Of a DNA stretch of 64,000 bases, positions 27,123 to 37,112 are shown in pieces (within the stretch, counting starts at the first letter, position 1; each line of letters starts with the position of its first letter). The stretch lies in the UHGV virus genome UHGV-0038498; one strand, given 5' to 3'. The DNA comes from a virus. A program made the position numbers and the translations under genes. The notes under the pieces were generated by a model. It did not search any database and was not told the origin of the DNA. It saw only the letters and a list, made by a program, of their open reading frames with translations.

Positions 27123-28807
27123 AGAATTTTAAACTAAACCGAGTTAGGTATCAAAATATAATGTCAGTAGGTGGAAATCCTATTGACATTCAACTAGATA
27201 AGGTTCAAAAAACTCTTATTACTGGCCGAAATGGTGGTGGTAAGTCTACTATGTTAGAAGCCATCACATTTGGGCTTTTTGGCAAGCCATTTCGTGATGT
27301 AAAGAAAGGTCAATTAATAAACAGCACAAATAAGAAAGAACTTTTAGTTGAACTGTGGATGGAATATGATGAGAAAAAGTATTATATCAAAAGAGGACAA
27401 AAACCAAACGTTTTCGAAATCACCGTTAACGGTACACGTCTTAATGAATCTGCCAGCAGTAAAGATTTCCAAGCAGAATTTGAACAGCTTATCGGAATGT
27501 CATATGCCAGTTTCAAGCAGATTGTTGTCCTTGGTACAGCAGGGTATACCCCTTTCATGGGTTTGTCGACCCCTGCGCGAAGAAAGCTTGTGGAAGACCT
27601 GCTCGAGGTAGGAACATTAGCTGAAATGGATAAGCTCAATAAAGCACTAATACGTGAATTAAATTCACAAAACCAAGTGCTTGATGTTAAAAAAGATAGT
27701 ATTATCCAGCAAATTAAAATATATAATGATAACGTTGAACGCCAGAAAAAATTAACTGGTGATAACCTTACTCGTCTACAGAATATGTATGATGATTTGG
27801 CAAAAGAAGCTAGAACGTTAAAATCGGAAATAGAAGAAGCTAATGAAAGATTAGTTAATATTGTTTTGGATGAAGACCCGACTGATGCATTTAATAAAAT
27901 CGGTCAAGAAGCATTTTTAATTAAATCAAAAATTGACTCGTATAATAAAGTCATTAATATGTATCACGAAGGTGGATTATGTCCAACCTGTTTGTCACAA
28001 TTAAGTTCCGGCGATAAAGTTGTTTCTAAAATTAAAGATAAAGTTTCTGAATGCACGCATTCGTTTGAACAGCTTTCAACACATCGTGATAATTTAAAAG
28101 TTCTTGTTGATGAATACCGAGATAATATTAAAACCCAGCAGACGTTGGCGAATGATATTCGCAATAAAAAGCAATCTTTAATCACGACTGTAGATAAAGC
28201 TAAAAAAGTTAAAGCAGCTATAGAAAAAGCATCATCCGAGTTTATTGACCATGCTGATGAAATAGCACTGCTTCAAGAAGAACTTGATAAAATTGTTAAG
28301 ACAAAAACTAATTTAGTAATGGAAAAATACCATAGAGGAATTTTGACTGATATGCTCAAAGATTCTGGTATTAAAGGTGCTATTATTAAAAAGTACATTC
28401 CATTATTTAATAAGCAGATTAACCATTATCTTAAAATAATGGAAGCGGATTATGTGTTTACATTAGATGAAGAATTTAATGAGACAATTAAATCCCGCGG
28501 TCGCGAAGATTTTAGTTATGCTTCATTTAGTCAAGGTGAAAAAGCACGAATTGATATTGCTCTTTTATTTACTTGGCGTGATATTGCTGAAAAAGTTTCA
28601 GGTGTTAAAATAAGTTGTTTATTTCTTGATGAAGTGTATGACGGTGCATTTGACGCTGAAGGTATTAAAAATGTGGCTAAAATTTTAGACGGTTTGAAGG
28701 ATACCAACTTCTTCATAATTTCGCATAAAGACCATGACCCACAGGAATATGGTCAGCACATTCAAATGGAAAAAGTTGGTAGATTTAGTTTAGCTAAGAT
28801 TAGCTAG
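27119..28807 (+). CDS. 46: recombination ATPase gp46 (Rad50/SbcC-like)
   Basis: 562 aa; Walker A GRNGGGKST, coiled-coil middle with CPTC hook; GTG start. Confidence 0.92.
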   Translation: MKNFKLNRVRYQNIMSVGGNPIDIQLDKVQKTLITGRNGGGKSTMLEAITFGLFGKPFRDVKKGQLINSTNKKELLVELWMEYDEKKYYIKRGQKPNVFEITVNGTRLNESASSKDFQAEFEQLIGMSYASFKQIVVLGTAGYTPFMGLSTPARRKLVEDLLEVGTLAEMDKLNKALIRELNSQNQVLDVKKDSIIQQIKIYNDNVERQKKLTGDNLTRLQNMYDDLAKEARTLKSEIEEANERLVNIVLDEDPTDAFNKIGQEAFLIKSKIDSYNKVINMYHEGGLCPTCLSQLSSGDKVVSKIKDKVSECTHSFEQLSTHRDNLKVLVDEYRDNIKTQQTLANDIRNKKQSLITTVDKAKKVKAAIEKASSEFIDHADEIALLQEELDKIVKTKTNLVMEKYHRGILTDMLKDSGIKGAIIKKYIPLFNKQINHYLKIMEADYVFTLDEEFNETIKSRGREDFSYASFSQGEKARIDIALLFTWRDIAEKVSGVKISCLFLDEVYDGAFDAEGIKNVAKILDGLKDTNFFIISHKDHDPQEYGQHIQMEKVGRFSLAKIS

Positions 28808-29516
28808 GTTTATATTTACAGTTATCATTATGCCATCTTGATAAATTTCCGAAAGTGGTAACTTTACCACAATGGACGCAAGTACCAGTCTTTTCAGTTT
28901 TCTTGCGTCCATTTGGATTTTTCTTGCAGAAATTTCTATGCGCTGCGATAACGCATTTCTTGCCTATCATTCCGCAGAATTCGCAGGATGTTTCTTCAAG
29001 AACGATTGCTTTAAGCCCGTTTGAGATATTATTTCTGTGTTCTTTAGACATTGGCGGTCTAACTTTAGGATTGGGATGATTTGGGCAGTTATCAAAATGC
29101 CATCGATTCATATTCCCGCTTAATCCAGACTTACCGCAATGTGGACAAGTTAGTCTTGCTTTATTAGCTACTGCATCGGACATTTTCTTTCGTGTCTCTT
29201 GGGAGAACTCTTTATTCTTTTCTATTTCCCAGAGTTTACGACGAATCCAGCCGAAAGTTTTATTGTTACGTTTAGCGTATTTCGTAGAAACTGTCATCAT
29301 GTTAGCAGCATAGACTAATTTTGGTTCAGAAGGATAAATTTTTACTAAAAGTTGATGAGCTACATAGTGCTCTTCTGGTGTTAAATCTACTAAGTTTGAA
29401 GCATCATCGCTGCCATTTAAACAGCGTGGTATAATGTGATGAGATTCAGTATAGCAATCAAGTTTTCGAGATTTAGCATTAGAGATTAACTTTTCATAAA
29501 TTAGTTTATAATTCAT
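28800..29516 (-). mobile_element. free-standing HNH homing endonuclease gene, antisense to flanking genes
   Basis: 238 aa; HNH core ESHHIIPRCLNG..N..EEHYVAHQ; three CxxCG..(RWH.DNC) Zn-knuckles; AAAGGA SD and TATAAATA on minus strand. Confidence 0.8.
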
Positions 29517-29549
29517 AACATATCCTTTTGATACAGCGAGTGATAAACA

Positions 29550-29557
29550 TATTTATA
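29550..29557 (-). promoter_or_regulatory. late promoter TATAAATA on minus strand (HNH endonuclease)
   Basis: Plus-strand TATTTATA, about 30 nt upstream of minus-strand ATG at 29516. Confidence 0.5.
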
Positions 29558-29567
29558 CGGAGGAACT

Positions 29568-29759
29568 GTGGCAGAATATTCAACTGGACAGCATCTATTA
29601 ACTATTCCTGAAATAAAACGATATATTCTGAGAAATAATTTTTCTAATGAAGAGCATATAGTTACTGAATCTATGCTTAAGAATGCATTTAAATCAGAAT
29701 ATACGAAAATAATGTCCAACAGAAATGAAGCTTGGACTGTTACTGATTATTATGACTAA
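29568..29759 (+). CDS. hypothetical protein (63 aa), 45.2-like
   Basis: GTG start after ACGGAGGA. Confidence 0.55.
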   Translation: MAEYSTGQHLLTIPEIKRYILRNNFSNEEHIVTESMLKNAFKSEYTKIMSNRNEAWTVTDYYD

Positions 29760-29768
29760 AGGTGTATT

Positions 29769-30158
29769 ATGACTAAAATTACTGTGAATTATACTGTTGA
29801 TGTAAAAGATATTCAGCCAAAACACGTGCGTTCTGAATCAAATCCACAAAACCAAAATAAAATTCGTCGAGCATGGGTTTTGTCTCTTTCTGATAACGCG
29901 ATGGAAGTTATTCAGAGCAAAATTAAATCTGCACCTGCTCGTCATGCGTATTATGAAGCTATCGATCGTGAAGTAAGCAATAAATGGATTGAACTGATGC
30001 GCAAACATACGGCAGAATCTCTAAATGCTGGTGCTAAATTTATTATGACTTCATGTGGTGAACGTCTTGAAGATGGTTATTGCGGTAATGCAGATGAGCG
30101 TCTAATTGTTGCTGCTCAAATTGTTGCGGAAACAATTGCTGCTGATTTTAATCGTTAA
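29769..30158 (+). CDS. rpbA: RNA polymerase-binding protein RpbA
   Basis: 129 aa; length and position match T4 rpbA. Confidence 0.8.
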   Translation: MTKITVNYTVDVKDIQPKHVRSESNPQNQNKIRRAWVLSLSDNAMEVIQSKIKSAPARHAYYEAIDREVSNKWIELMRKHTAESLNAGAKFIMTSCGERLEDGYCGNADERLIVAAQIVAETIAADFNR

Positions 30159-30184
30159 TTGCTTTATTAAATTAGTTATAAAAT
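30159..30184 (+). promoter_or_regulatory. putative middle promoter (gene 45)
   Basis: TTGCTTTA then TATAAAAT. Confidence 0.5.
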
Positions 30185-30213
30185 TAAATCTCATTTGAAT
30201 TGAAGGAAATTAC

Positions 30214-30900
30214 ATGAAACTGTCTAAAGATACTACTGCTCTGCTCAAAAATTTCGCTACTATTAACTCTGGTATTATGCTTAAATCTGGTCAATTTATT
30301 ATGACTCGCGCAGTTAATGGTACAACTTATGCGGAAGCAAATATTTCTGACACTATTGATTTTGATGTAGCAATTTACGATTTGAACGGTTTTCTCGGTA
30401 TTCTGTCTCTAGTTAATGACGATGCAGAAATTTCCCAGTCAGAAGATGGAAATATTAAAATTGCTGATGCCCGTTCAACAATTTTTTGGCCAGCAGCCGA
30501 TCCGAGTACAGTAGTTGCTCCTAATAAACCGATTCCATTCCCGGTAGCATCTGTTGTTACCGAAATTAAAGCTGAAGACCTTCAACAGCTATTGCGTGTA
30601 TCTCGCGGTCTGCAGATTGATACAATTGCTATCACAGTAAAAGAAGGTAAAATCGTAATTAACGGTTTTAATAAAGTAGAAGATTCTGCTTTGACCCGTG
30701 TTAAATATTCTTTGACTCTTGGTGATTATGATGGTGAAAATACATTTAATTTCATTATCAATATGGCAAATATGAAAATGCAACCAGGAAATTATAAACT
30801 TCTGCTCTGGGCAAAAGGTAAACAAGGCGCTGCTAAATTTGAAGGTGAACATGCGAATTATGTAGTAGCTCTTGAAGCTGATTCTACCCACGATTTTTAA
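30214..30900 (+). CDS. 45: sliding clamp gp45
   Basis: 228 aa, MKLSKDTTALLKNFATINSGIMLKSGQFIM matches T4 gp45. Confidence 0.95.
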   Translation: MKLSKDTTALLKNFATINSGIMLKSGQFIMTRAVNGTTYAEANISDTIDFDVAIYDLNGFLGILSLVNDDAEISQSEDGNIKIADARSTIFWPAADPSTVVAPNKPIPFPVASVVTEIKAEDLQQLLRVSRGLQIDTIAITVKEGKIVINGFNKVEDSALTRVKYSLTLGDYDGENTFNFIINMANMKMQPGNYKLLLWAKGKQGAAKFEGEHANYVVALEADSTHDF

Positions 30901-30902
30901 TA

Positions 30903-30919
30903 GAGGGCTTCGGCCCTTT
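30903..30919 (+). terminator. intrinsic terminator, UUCG tetraloop
   Basis: AGGGC-TTCG-GCCCT then TTT, after gene 45. Confidence 0.65.
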
Positions 30920-30951
30920 ATAATTTACACTAAAACTTGAATGAGGAAATT

Positions 30952-31911
30952 ATGATTACTGTAAATGAAAAAGAACACATTCTTGAACAGAAATATCGTC
31001 CATCTACTATCGATGAATGTATTCTTCCCGCCTTTGATAAAGAAACCTTTAAATCTATTACAAGTAAAGGTAAAATTCCACATATTATTCTTCATTCTCC
31101 TTCTCCAGGAACAGGTAAAACAACTGTAGCAAAAGCATTGTGCCATGATGTAAATGCTGATATGATGTTTGTGAATGGATCAGACTGTAAAATTGATTTC
31201 GTTCGTGGTCCTTTGACTAATTTTGCTAGTGCAGCTTCATTTGATGGTCGTCAAAAAGTAATCGTTATTGATGAATTTGACCGTTCAGGGCTAGCAGAGT
31301 CTCAGCGACATCTTCGTTCCTTTATGGAAGCTTATAGTTCAAACTGTAGTATTATTATTACTGCTAACAATATTGATGGTATTATTAAACCGCTTCAGTC
31401 ACGCTGCCGAGTTATTACATTCGGTCAACCGACTGATGAAGATAAAATTGAAATGATGAAGCAGATGATTCGTCGATTGACTGAAATCTGTAAGCATGAA
31501 GGAATTGCTATAGCTGATATGAAAGTTGTAGCAGCTTTGGTTAAAAAGAATTTTCCTGATTTTCGTAAAACTATTGGTGAGCTCGATAGTTATTCATCTA
31601 AAGGTGTTTTGGATGCTGGTATTTTATCACTGGTTACTAACGATCGTGGTGCTATTGATGATGTTCTTGAATCTCTCAAAAATAAAGATGTTAAACAGCT
31701 CAGAGCTTTAGCGCCAAAATATGCAGCTGATTATTCGTGGTTCGTTGGTAAACTTGCTGAAGAAATCTATACACGCGTAACTCCGCAAAGTATTATTCGT
31801 ATGTATGAAATTGTTGGTGAAAATAACCAGTATCACGGAATTGCGGCTAATACGGAATTACATTTAGCATATCTTTTCATTCAATTGGCATGCGAAATGC
31901 AGTGGAAGTGA
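30952..31911 (+). CDS. 44: clamp loader large subunit gp44
   Basis: 319 aa from ATG 30952 ([17 protein letters not shown]); Walker [11 protein letters not shown]. Confidence 0.95.
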   Translation: MITVNEKEHILEQKYRPSTIDECILPAFDKETFKSITSKGKIPHIILHSPSPGTGKTTVAKALCHDVNADMMFVNGSDCKIDFVRGPLTNFASAASFDGRQKVIVIDEFDRSGLAESQRHLRSFMEAYSSNCSIIITANNIDGIIKPLQSRCRVITFGQPTDEDKIEMMKQMIRRLTEICKHEGIAIADMKVVAALVKKNFPDFRKTIGELDSYSSKGVLDAGILSLVTNDRGAIDDVLESLKNKDVKQLRALAPKYAADYSWFVGKLAEEIYTRVTPQSIIRMYEIVGENNQYHGIAANTELHLAYLFIQLACEMQWK

Positions 31912-31912
31912 T

Positions 31913-32476
31913 ATGAGCTTATTTGAAGATGATATTCAATTAAACGAGCATCAAGTTGCTTGGTATTCAAAAGATTGGACAGCTGTCCAATCTGCTGCTG
32001 ATTCTTTTAAGGAAAAAGCTGAAAATGAATTTTTTGAAATAATTGGAGCTATTAATAATAAAACTAAATGCTCTATTGCTCAAAAAGATTATTCAAAATA
32101 CATGGTTGAGAATGCATTATCACAATTTCCTGAGTGCATGCCAGCTGTATATGCTATGAATTTAATTGGATCAGGTTTAAGCGATGAAGCCCATTTTAAT
32201 TATCTGATGGCTGCTGTTCCTCGGGGTAAAAGATATGGTAAATGGGCAAAACTGGTCGAAGATTCTACTGAAGTATTGATTATTAAGTTACTTGCTAAGC
32301 GGTATCAAGTTAATACAAATGATGCAATTAACTATAAATCAATTCTTACTAAAAATGGAAAACTTCCTTTAGTTTTAAAAGAACTAAAAGGTTTAGTCAC
32401 GGATGATTTTTTAAAAGAAGTGACTAAGAATGTAAAAGAACAGAAACAGCTCAAAAAACTAGCATTGGAATGGTAA
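31913..32476 (+). CDS. 62: clamp loader small subunit gp62
   Basis: 187 aa; immediately follows gene 44. Confidence 0.9.
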   Translation: MSLFEDDIQLNEHQVAWYSKDWTAVQSAADSFKEKAENEFFEIIGAINNKTKCSIAQKDYSKYMVENALSQFPECMPAVYAMNLIGSGLSDEAHFNYLMAAVPRGKRYGKWAKLVEDSTEVLIIKLLAKRYQVNTNDAINYKSILTKNGKLPLVLKELKGLVTDDFLKEVTKNVKEQKQLKKLALEW

Positions 32477-32477
32477 A

Positions 32478-32846
32478 ATGATTGAAATTACTCTTAAAAA
32501 ACCTGAAGATTTTCTGAAAGTAAAAGAAACTTTGACTCGTATGGGAATTGCTAATAATAAAGATAAAGTTCTGTATCAGTCCTGTCATATTCTTCAGAAA
32601 AAAGGACTATACTATATCGTCCATTTTAAAGAAATGCTTCGTATGGATGGCCGTCAGGTTGAAATGACAGAAGAAGATGAAGTTCGTCGTGATTCGATTG
32701 CATGGCTGTTAGAAGATTGGGGACTGATTGAAATCGTTCCTGGTCAAAGAACTTTTATGAAAGATTTAACCAATAACTTCCGAGTTATTTCTTTTAAACA
32801 GAAACACGAATGGAAACTCGTTCCTAAATATACGATTGGTAATTAA
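32478..32846 (+). CDS. regA: translational repressor RegA
   Basis: 122 aa; matches T4 RegA length and position. Confidence 0.9.
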   Translation: MIEITLKKPEDFLKVKETLTRMGIANNKDKVLYQSCHILQKKGLYYIVHFKEMLRMDGRQVEMTEEDEVRRDSIAWLLEDWGLIEIVPGQRTFMKDLTNNFRVISFKQKHEWKLVPKYTIGN

Positions 32847-32856
32847 GGCAAATTAT

Positions 32857-33093
32857 ATGACACAATCAGAGATTCAGTTTACCGAAGCTTTTCTAATATT
32901 CGAAAATCTAAAACAAACATATGGTCTGTCTTCTACCCAACTGGTTTTTGACCTCCCGGAAGATAAACAAATAGAATTCCAAAAAGAATTCCAACGATTA
33001 GTTTACCCGCACCAGCTCGCATTTCATGCGATTATCAAAACCACAAATAAAGATGGCAAGTCCGTTATATCGCGTCGCACAATAGAAATTTAA
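32857..33093 (+). CDS. hypothetical protein (78 aa)
   Basis: In-frame ATG of track ORF 32836; terminator follows. Confidence 0.5.
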   Translation: MTQSEIQFTEAFLIFENLKQTYGLSSTQLVFDLPEDKQIEFQKEFQRLVYPHQLAFHAIIKTTNKDGKSVISRRTIEI

Positions 33094-33097
33094 AGCA

Positions 33098-33119
33098 AAG
33101 GGGCTTCGGCCCCTTATTT
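33098..33119 (+). terminator. intrinsic terminator, UUCG tetraloop
   Basis: AAGGGGC-TTCG-GCCCCTT upstream of gene 43. Confidence 0.65.
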
Positions 33120-33173
33120 GGAGTATAATATATCAAGAGCCTAATAACTCGGGCTATAAACTAAGGAATATCT

Positions 33174-35870
33174 ATGAAAGAATTTTATATCTCTATCGAA
33201 ACAGTCGGAAATAACATTGTTGAGCGCTATATTGATGAAAACGGAAAGGAACGTACTCGTGAAGTAGAATATCTTCCGACTATGTTTAGGCATTGTAAGG
33301 AAGAGTCAAAATACAAAGACATTTATGGTAAAAATTGCGCTCCTCAAAAATTTCCATCAATGAAAGATGCACGAGACTGGATGAAGCGAATGGAAGACAT
33401 CGGTCTCGAAGCTCTCGGTATGAACGATTTTAAACTCGCTTACATCAGTGATACATATGGTTCAGAAATTGTTTATGACCGAAAATTTGTTCGTGTAGCT
33501 AACTGTGACATTGAGGTTACTGGTGATAAATTTCCTGACCCAATGAAAGCAGAATATGAAATTGATGCTATCACTCATTATGATTCAATTGACGACCGTT
33601 TTTACGTCTTTGACTTGTTGAATTCAATGTACGGTTCAGTATCAAAATGGGATGCAAAGTTAGCTGCTAAGCTTGACTGCGAAGGTGGTGATGAAGTTCC
33701 TCAAGAAATTCTTGACCGAGTAATTTATATGCCATTTGATAATGAGCGTGATATGCTCATGGAATATATTAATCTCTGGGAACAGAAACGACCTGCTATT
33801 TTTACCGGTTGGAATATTGAGGGATTTGACGTTCCGTATATCATGAATCGCGTTAAAATGGTTCTCGGCGAACGCAGTATGAAACGCTTCTCTCCAATCG
33901 GTCGAGTAAAATCTAAACTAATTCAAAATATGTACGGTAGCAAAGAAATTTATTCTATTGATGGCGTATCTATTCTTGATTATTTAGATTTGTACAAGAA
34001 ATTCGCATTTACTAATTTGCCATCATTCTCTTTGGAATCAGTTGCTCAACATGAAACCAAAAAAGGTAAATTACCGTACGATGGTCCTATTAATAAACTT
34101 CGTGAGACTAATCATCAACGATACATTAGTTATAACATCATTGACGTAGAATCAGTTCAAGCAATTGATAAAATTCGTGGGTTTATCGATCTAGTTTTAA
34201 GTATGTCCTATTACGCTAAAATGCCTTTTTCTGGTGTAATGAGTCCTATTAAAACTTGGGATGCTATTATTTTTAACTCACTGAAAGGTGAACATAGGGT
34301 TATTCCTCAACAAGGTTCGCACGTTAAACAGAGTTTTCCAGGTGCATTTGTGTTTGAACCTAAACCGATTGCTCGTCGATACATTATGAGTTTTGACTTG
34401 ACGTCTCTGTATCCTAGCATTATTCGCCAGGTTAACATTAGTCCTGAGACTATTCGCGGGCAGTTTAAAGTTCATCCAATTCATGAATATATCGCAGGAA
34501 CAGCTCCTAAGCCAAGTGATGAATATTCTTGCTCTCCGAATGGATGGATGTATGATAAGCACCAAGAAGGTATCATTCCAAAGGAAATCGCTAAAGTATT
34601 TTTCCAGCGTAAAGATTGGAAAAAGAAAATGTTCGCGGAAGAAATGAATGCCGAAGCTATTAAAAAGATTATTATGAAAGGTGCAGGGTCTTGCTCAACT
34701 AAACCAGAAGTTGAACGATATGTTAAGTTCAGTGATGATTTCTTAAACGAATTATCGAATTACACCGAATCTGTTCTTAATAGTCTGATCGAAGAATGTG
34801 AAAAAGCTGCTACGCTTGCTAACACAAATCAGCTGAACCGTAAAATTCTTATTAACAGTCTTTATGGTGCTCTTGGTAATATTCATTTCCGTTACTATGA
34901 TTTGCGAAATGCTACTGCTATCACAATTTTCGGTCAAGTCGGTATTCAGTGGATTGCTCGTAAAATTAATGAATATCTGAATAAAGTATGTGGAACTAAT
35001 GGTGAAGATTTCATCGCAGCAGGTGATACTGATTCGGTATATGTTTGTGTAGATAAAGTTATTGAAAAAGTAGGTCTTGACCGCTTTAAAGAACAAAATG
35101 ATTTAGTTGAATTCATGAATCAGTTTGGTAAGAAAAAGATGGAACCTATGATTGATGTTGCATATCGTGAGTTATGTGATTATATGAATAACCGCGAGCA
35201 TCTGATGCATATGGACCGTGAAGCTATTTCTTGCCCTCCGCTTGGTTCAAAGGGTGTTGGTGGATTTTGGAAAGCGAAAAAACGTTATGCTCTGAACGTT
35301 TATGATATGGAAGATAAGCGATTTGCCGAACCGCATCTAAAAATTATGGGTATGGAAACTCAACAGAGTTCAACACCAAAAGCAGTACAAGAAGCTCTCG
35401 AAGAAAGTATTCGTCGTATTCTTCAGGAAGGTGAAGAGTCTGTCCAAGAATACTACAAGAACTTTGAGAAAGAATATCGTCAACTTGACTATAAAGTTAT
35501 TGCTGAAGTAAAAACTGCGAACGATATAGCGAAATATGACGATAAAGGTTGGCCAGGATTTAAATGTCCGTTCCATATTCGCGGTGTGCTAACTTATCGT
35601 CGAGCTGTTAACGGTTTAGGTGTAGCTCCAATTTTGGATGGAAATAAGGTAATGGTTCTTCCATTACGTGAAGGAAATCCATTTGGTGACAAGTGCATTG
35701 CTTGGCCATCAGGCACAGAACTTCCAAAAGAAATTCGTTCTGATGTACTGTCTTGGATTGACTACTCAACTTTGTTCCAAAAATCGTTTGTTAAACCGCT
35801 TGCGGGTATGTGTGAATCGGCGGGTATGGACTATGAGGAAAAAGCTTCGTTAGACTTCCTGTTTGGCTGA
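33174..35870 (+). CDS. 43: DNA polymerase gp43 (family B)
   Basis: 898 aa, same length as T4 gp43; exonuclease and polymerase motifs (DTDS). Confidence 0.95.
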   Translation: MKEFYISIETVGNNIVERYIDENGKERTREVEYLPTMFRHCKEESKYKDIYGKNCAPQKFPSMKDARDWMKRMEDIGLEALGMNDFKLAYISDTYGSEIVYDRKFVRVANCDIEVTGDKFPDPMKAEYEIDAITHYDSIDDRFYVFDLLNSMYGSVSKWDAKLAAKLDCEGGDEVPQEILDRVIYMPFDNERDMLMEYINLWEQKRPAIFTGWNIEGFDVPYIMNRVKMVLGERSMKRFSPIGRVKSKLIQNMYGSKEIYSIDGVSILDYLDLYKKFAFTNLPSFSLESVAQHETKKGKLPYDGPINKLRETNHQRYISYNIIDVESVQAIDKIRGFIDLVLSMSYYAKMPFSGVMSPIKTWDAIIFNSLKGEHRVIPQQGSHVKQSFPGAFVFEPKPIARRYIMSFDLTSLYPSIIRQVNISPETIRGQFKVHPIHEYIAGTAPKPSDEYSCSPNGWMYDKHQEGIIPKEIAKVFFQRKDWKKKMFAEEMNAEAIKKIIMKGAGSCSTKPEVERYVKFSDDFLNELSNYTESVLNSLIEECEKAATLANTNQLNRKILINSLYGALGNIHFRYYDLRNATAITIFGQVGIQWIARKINEYLNKVCGTNGEDFIAAGDTDSVYVCVDKVIEKVGLDRFKEQNDLVEFMNQFGKKKMEPMIDVAYRELCDYMNNREHLMHMDREAISCPPLGSKGVGGFWKAKKRYALNVYDMEDKRFAEPHLKIMGMETQQSSTPKAVQEALEESIRRILQEGEESVQEYYKNFEKEYRQLDYKVIAEVKTANDIAKYDDKGWPGFKCPFHIRGVLTYRRAVNGLGVAPILDGNKVMVLPLREGNPFGDKCIAWPSGTELPKEIRSDVLSWIDYSTLFQKSFVKPLAGMCESAGMDYEEKASLDFLFG

Positions 35871-35882
35871 TAGAATAAATCT

Positions 35883-35904
35883 AGGGACCTCCGGGTCCCT
35901 TTTT
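35883..35904 (+). terminator. intrinsic terminator
   Basis: AGGGACC-TCCG-GGTCCCT then TTTT after gene 43. Confidence 0.7.
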
Positions 35905-35969
35905 CATACAAGTAATATAAATCTATACTTAGGAAAAATAGATGATTCTAGGTCCTGTAAATTCATTAA

Positions 35970-36022
35970 AAATTTTTTCACAAAACTGTTTACATCCCTG
36001 TTCTTCCATGGTACTATACAAC
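35970..36022 (+). promoter_or_regulatory. early promoter cassette, copy B
   Basis: Same UP element, GTTTAC and -10/5'UTR as 8799-8887. Confidence 0.65.
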
Positions 36023-36051
36023 TATCAACTGATACGGATTTGGAGAATAAA

Positions 36052-36309
36052 ATGAAAATTGTTTATGGTTGTTTAGCAGCGTGTTTAGTTGCATTAGCAG
36101 TTGTTCTAGTTGCATTAGCAGCTGTTCCATTTATTGATATTGAAAATGACACTCAGAATGTGATTGAATCTAATACTGTTATTCACATGAATGGTAAAGT
36201 ATCAACAAAAATTGATGATAATCTTCATATGAATACTAATGGAACGCTGGGTGTTCAATTAGGTAATACCTGTGTAAGCACTACTGGAGTAATTACTACT
36301 TGTATTTGA
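36052..36309 (+). CDS. small exported/membrane protein (85 aa)
   Basis: First ATG after promoter cassette; hydrophobic N-terminus CLAACLVALAVVLVALAAV. Confidence 0.55.
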   Translation: MKIVYGCLAACLVALAVVLVALAAVPFIDIENDTQNVIESNTVIHMNGKVSTKIDDNLHMNTNGTLGVQLGNTCVSTTGVITTCI

Positions 36310-36319
36310 GGAAATTGTT

Positions 36320-36700
36320 ATGAAAATCGCTATTTTGGTTATTGCATTGGGTCTTACTGGCTGCGTAGCTCAAGGACCGGTAGTAAATCAATCTGATGTA
36401 GGAAAAATTGTAAACTGTTCAAGCAAATTTTATAATCCTAATGTTAAGTGTTATAAAGAAGCTCCAAAACAGACAGTAGAACAAATGCAGGCGAATTTTG
36501 ACGAAGCTATTCGTCCAGATGAATCTGCTCAAGCATATCGTAATTCAGATGTAATTACACGCGAAGAAAAAATTGAAAACTACTGCGCCGAACTTTGGGC
36601 TAATTGGGCTAATAATTACCAATGGCGTACAGGTAAAAATGCTCCGATGGAGTATGTAGTGAATTCTTATAATTCATGTGTAAAAAATTTGACTAAGTGA
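36320..36700 (+). CDS. predicted lipoprotein (126 aa)
   Basis: Signal peptide with lipobox LTGC; GAGGAAA SD. Confidence 0.6.
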   Translation: MKIAILVIALGLTGCVAQGPVVNQSDVGKIVNCSSKFYNPNVKCYKEAPKQTVEQMQANFDEAIRPDESAQAYRNSDVITREEKIENYCAELWANWANNYQWRTGKNAPMEYVVNSYNSCVKNLTK

Positions 36701-36707
36701 GGAAAAC

Positions 36708-36959
36708 ATGGAAACTTTAGTAGCAGGTTCAATTTTTATGGTTTTAGTTTCAGGCGTGTTGGCTATCATTATATACATGCTTCCGTGGTTCATCGCCTTG
36801 ATGCGTGGGTCAAAATCGACAGTAGGAATCTTTTTCACATCTTTACTGTTTAATTGGTCAATTATTGGTTGGTTTATTACATTTATTTGGTCAATTGCGG
36901 GTGAAACTAAAAAATCTGCACAACCGAATCAAGTAATTATCATCAGAGAGAAGGAATGA
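36708..36959 (+). CDS. imm: superinfection immunity protein Imm
   Basis: 83 aa two-TM protein matching T4 Imm as recalled. Confidence 0.88.
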   Translation: METLVAGSIFMVLVSGVLAIIIYMLPWFIALMRGSKSTVGIFFTSLLFNWSIIGWFITFIWSIAGETKKSAQPNQVIIIREKE

Positions 36960-37105
36960 AAAGCAAAATTTTAGCAGTATTGCTTTTAATCTTGATGATT
37001 ATAATAAGTATATACTATAGCGTAACGGTTCCTTGTATGATTCCGACACTTATTATAGGTTGGGGTTTATTACTGTTACAAGTTAAATATGAATGTATCA
37101 ATTGA
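36956..37105 (+). CDS. small membrane peptide (49 aa)
   Basis: Hand-translated; ATGA overlap with imm stop. Confidence 0.4.
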   Translation: MKSKILAVLLLILMIIISIYYSVTVPCMIPTLIIGWGLLLLQVKYECIN

Positions 37106-37112
37106 GGTTTAA

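Noticed and set aside
34752-35096. 114-aa minus-strand ORF (and similar ones at 34278-34565 and 30589-30891)
   Set aside because: Antisense to DNA polymerase gp43 and gp45, which match T4 proteins over their full length; AT-rich antisense frames give chance ORFs
35668-35853. 61-aa same-strand ORF inside the 3' end of gene 43
   Set aside because: Embedded out of frame within the polymerase gene; no independent start signals
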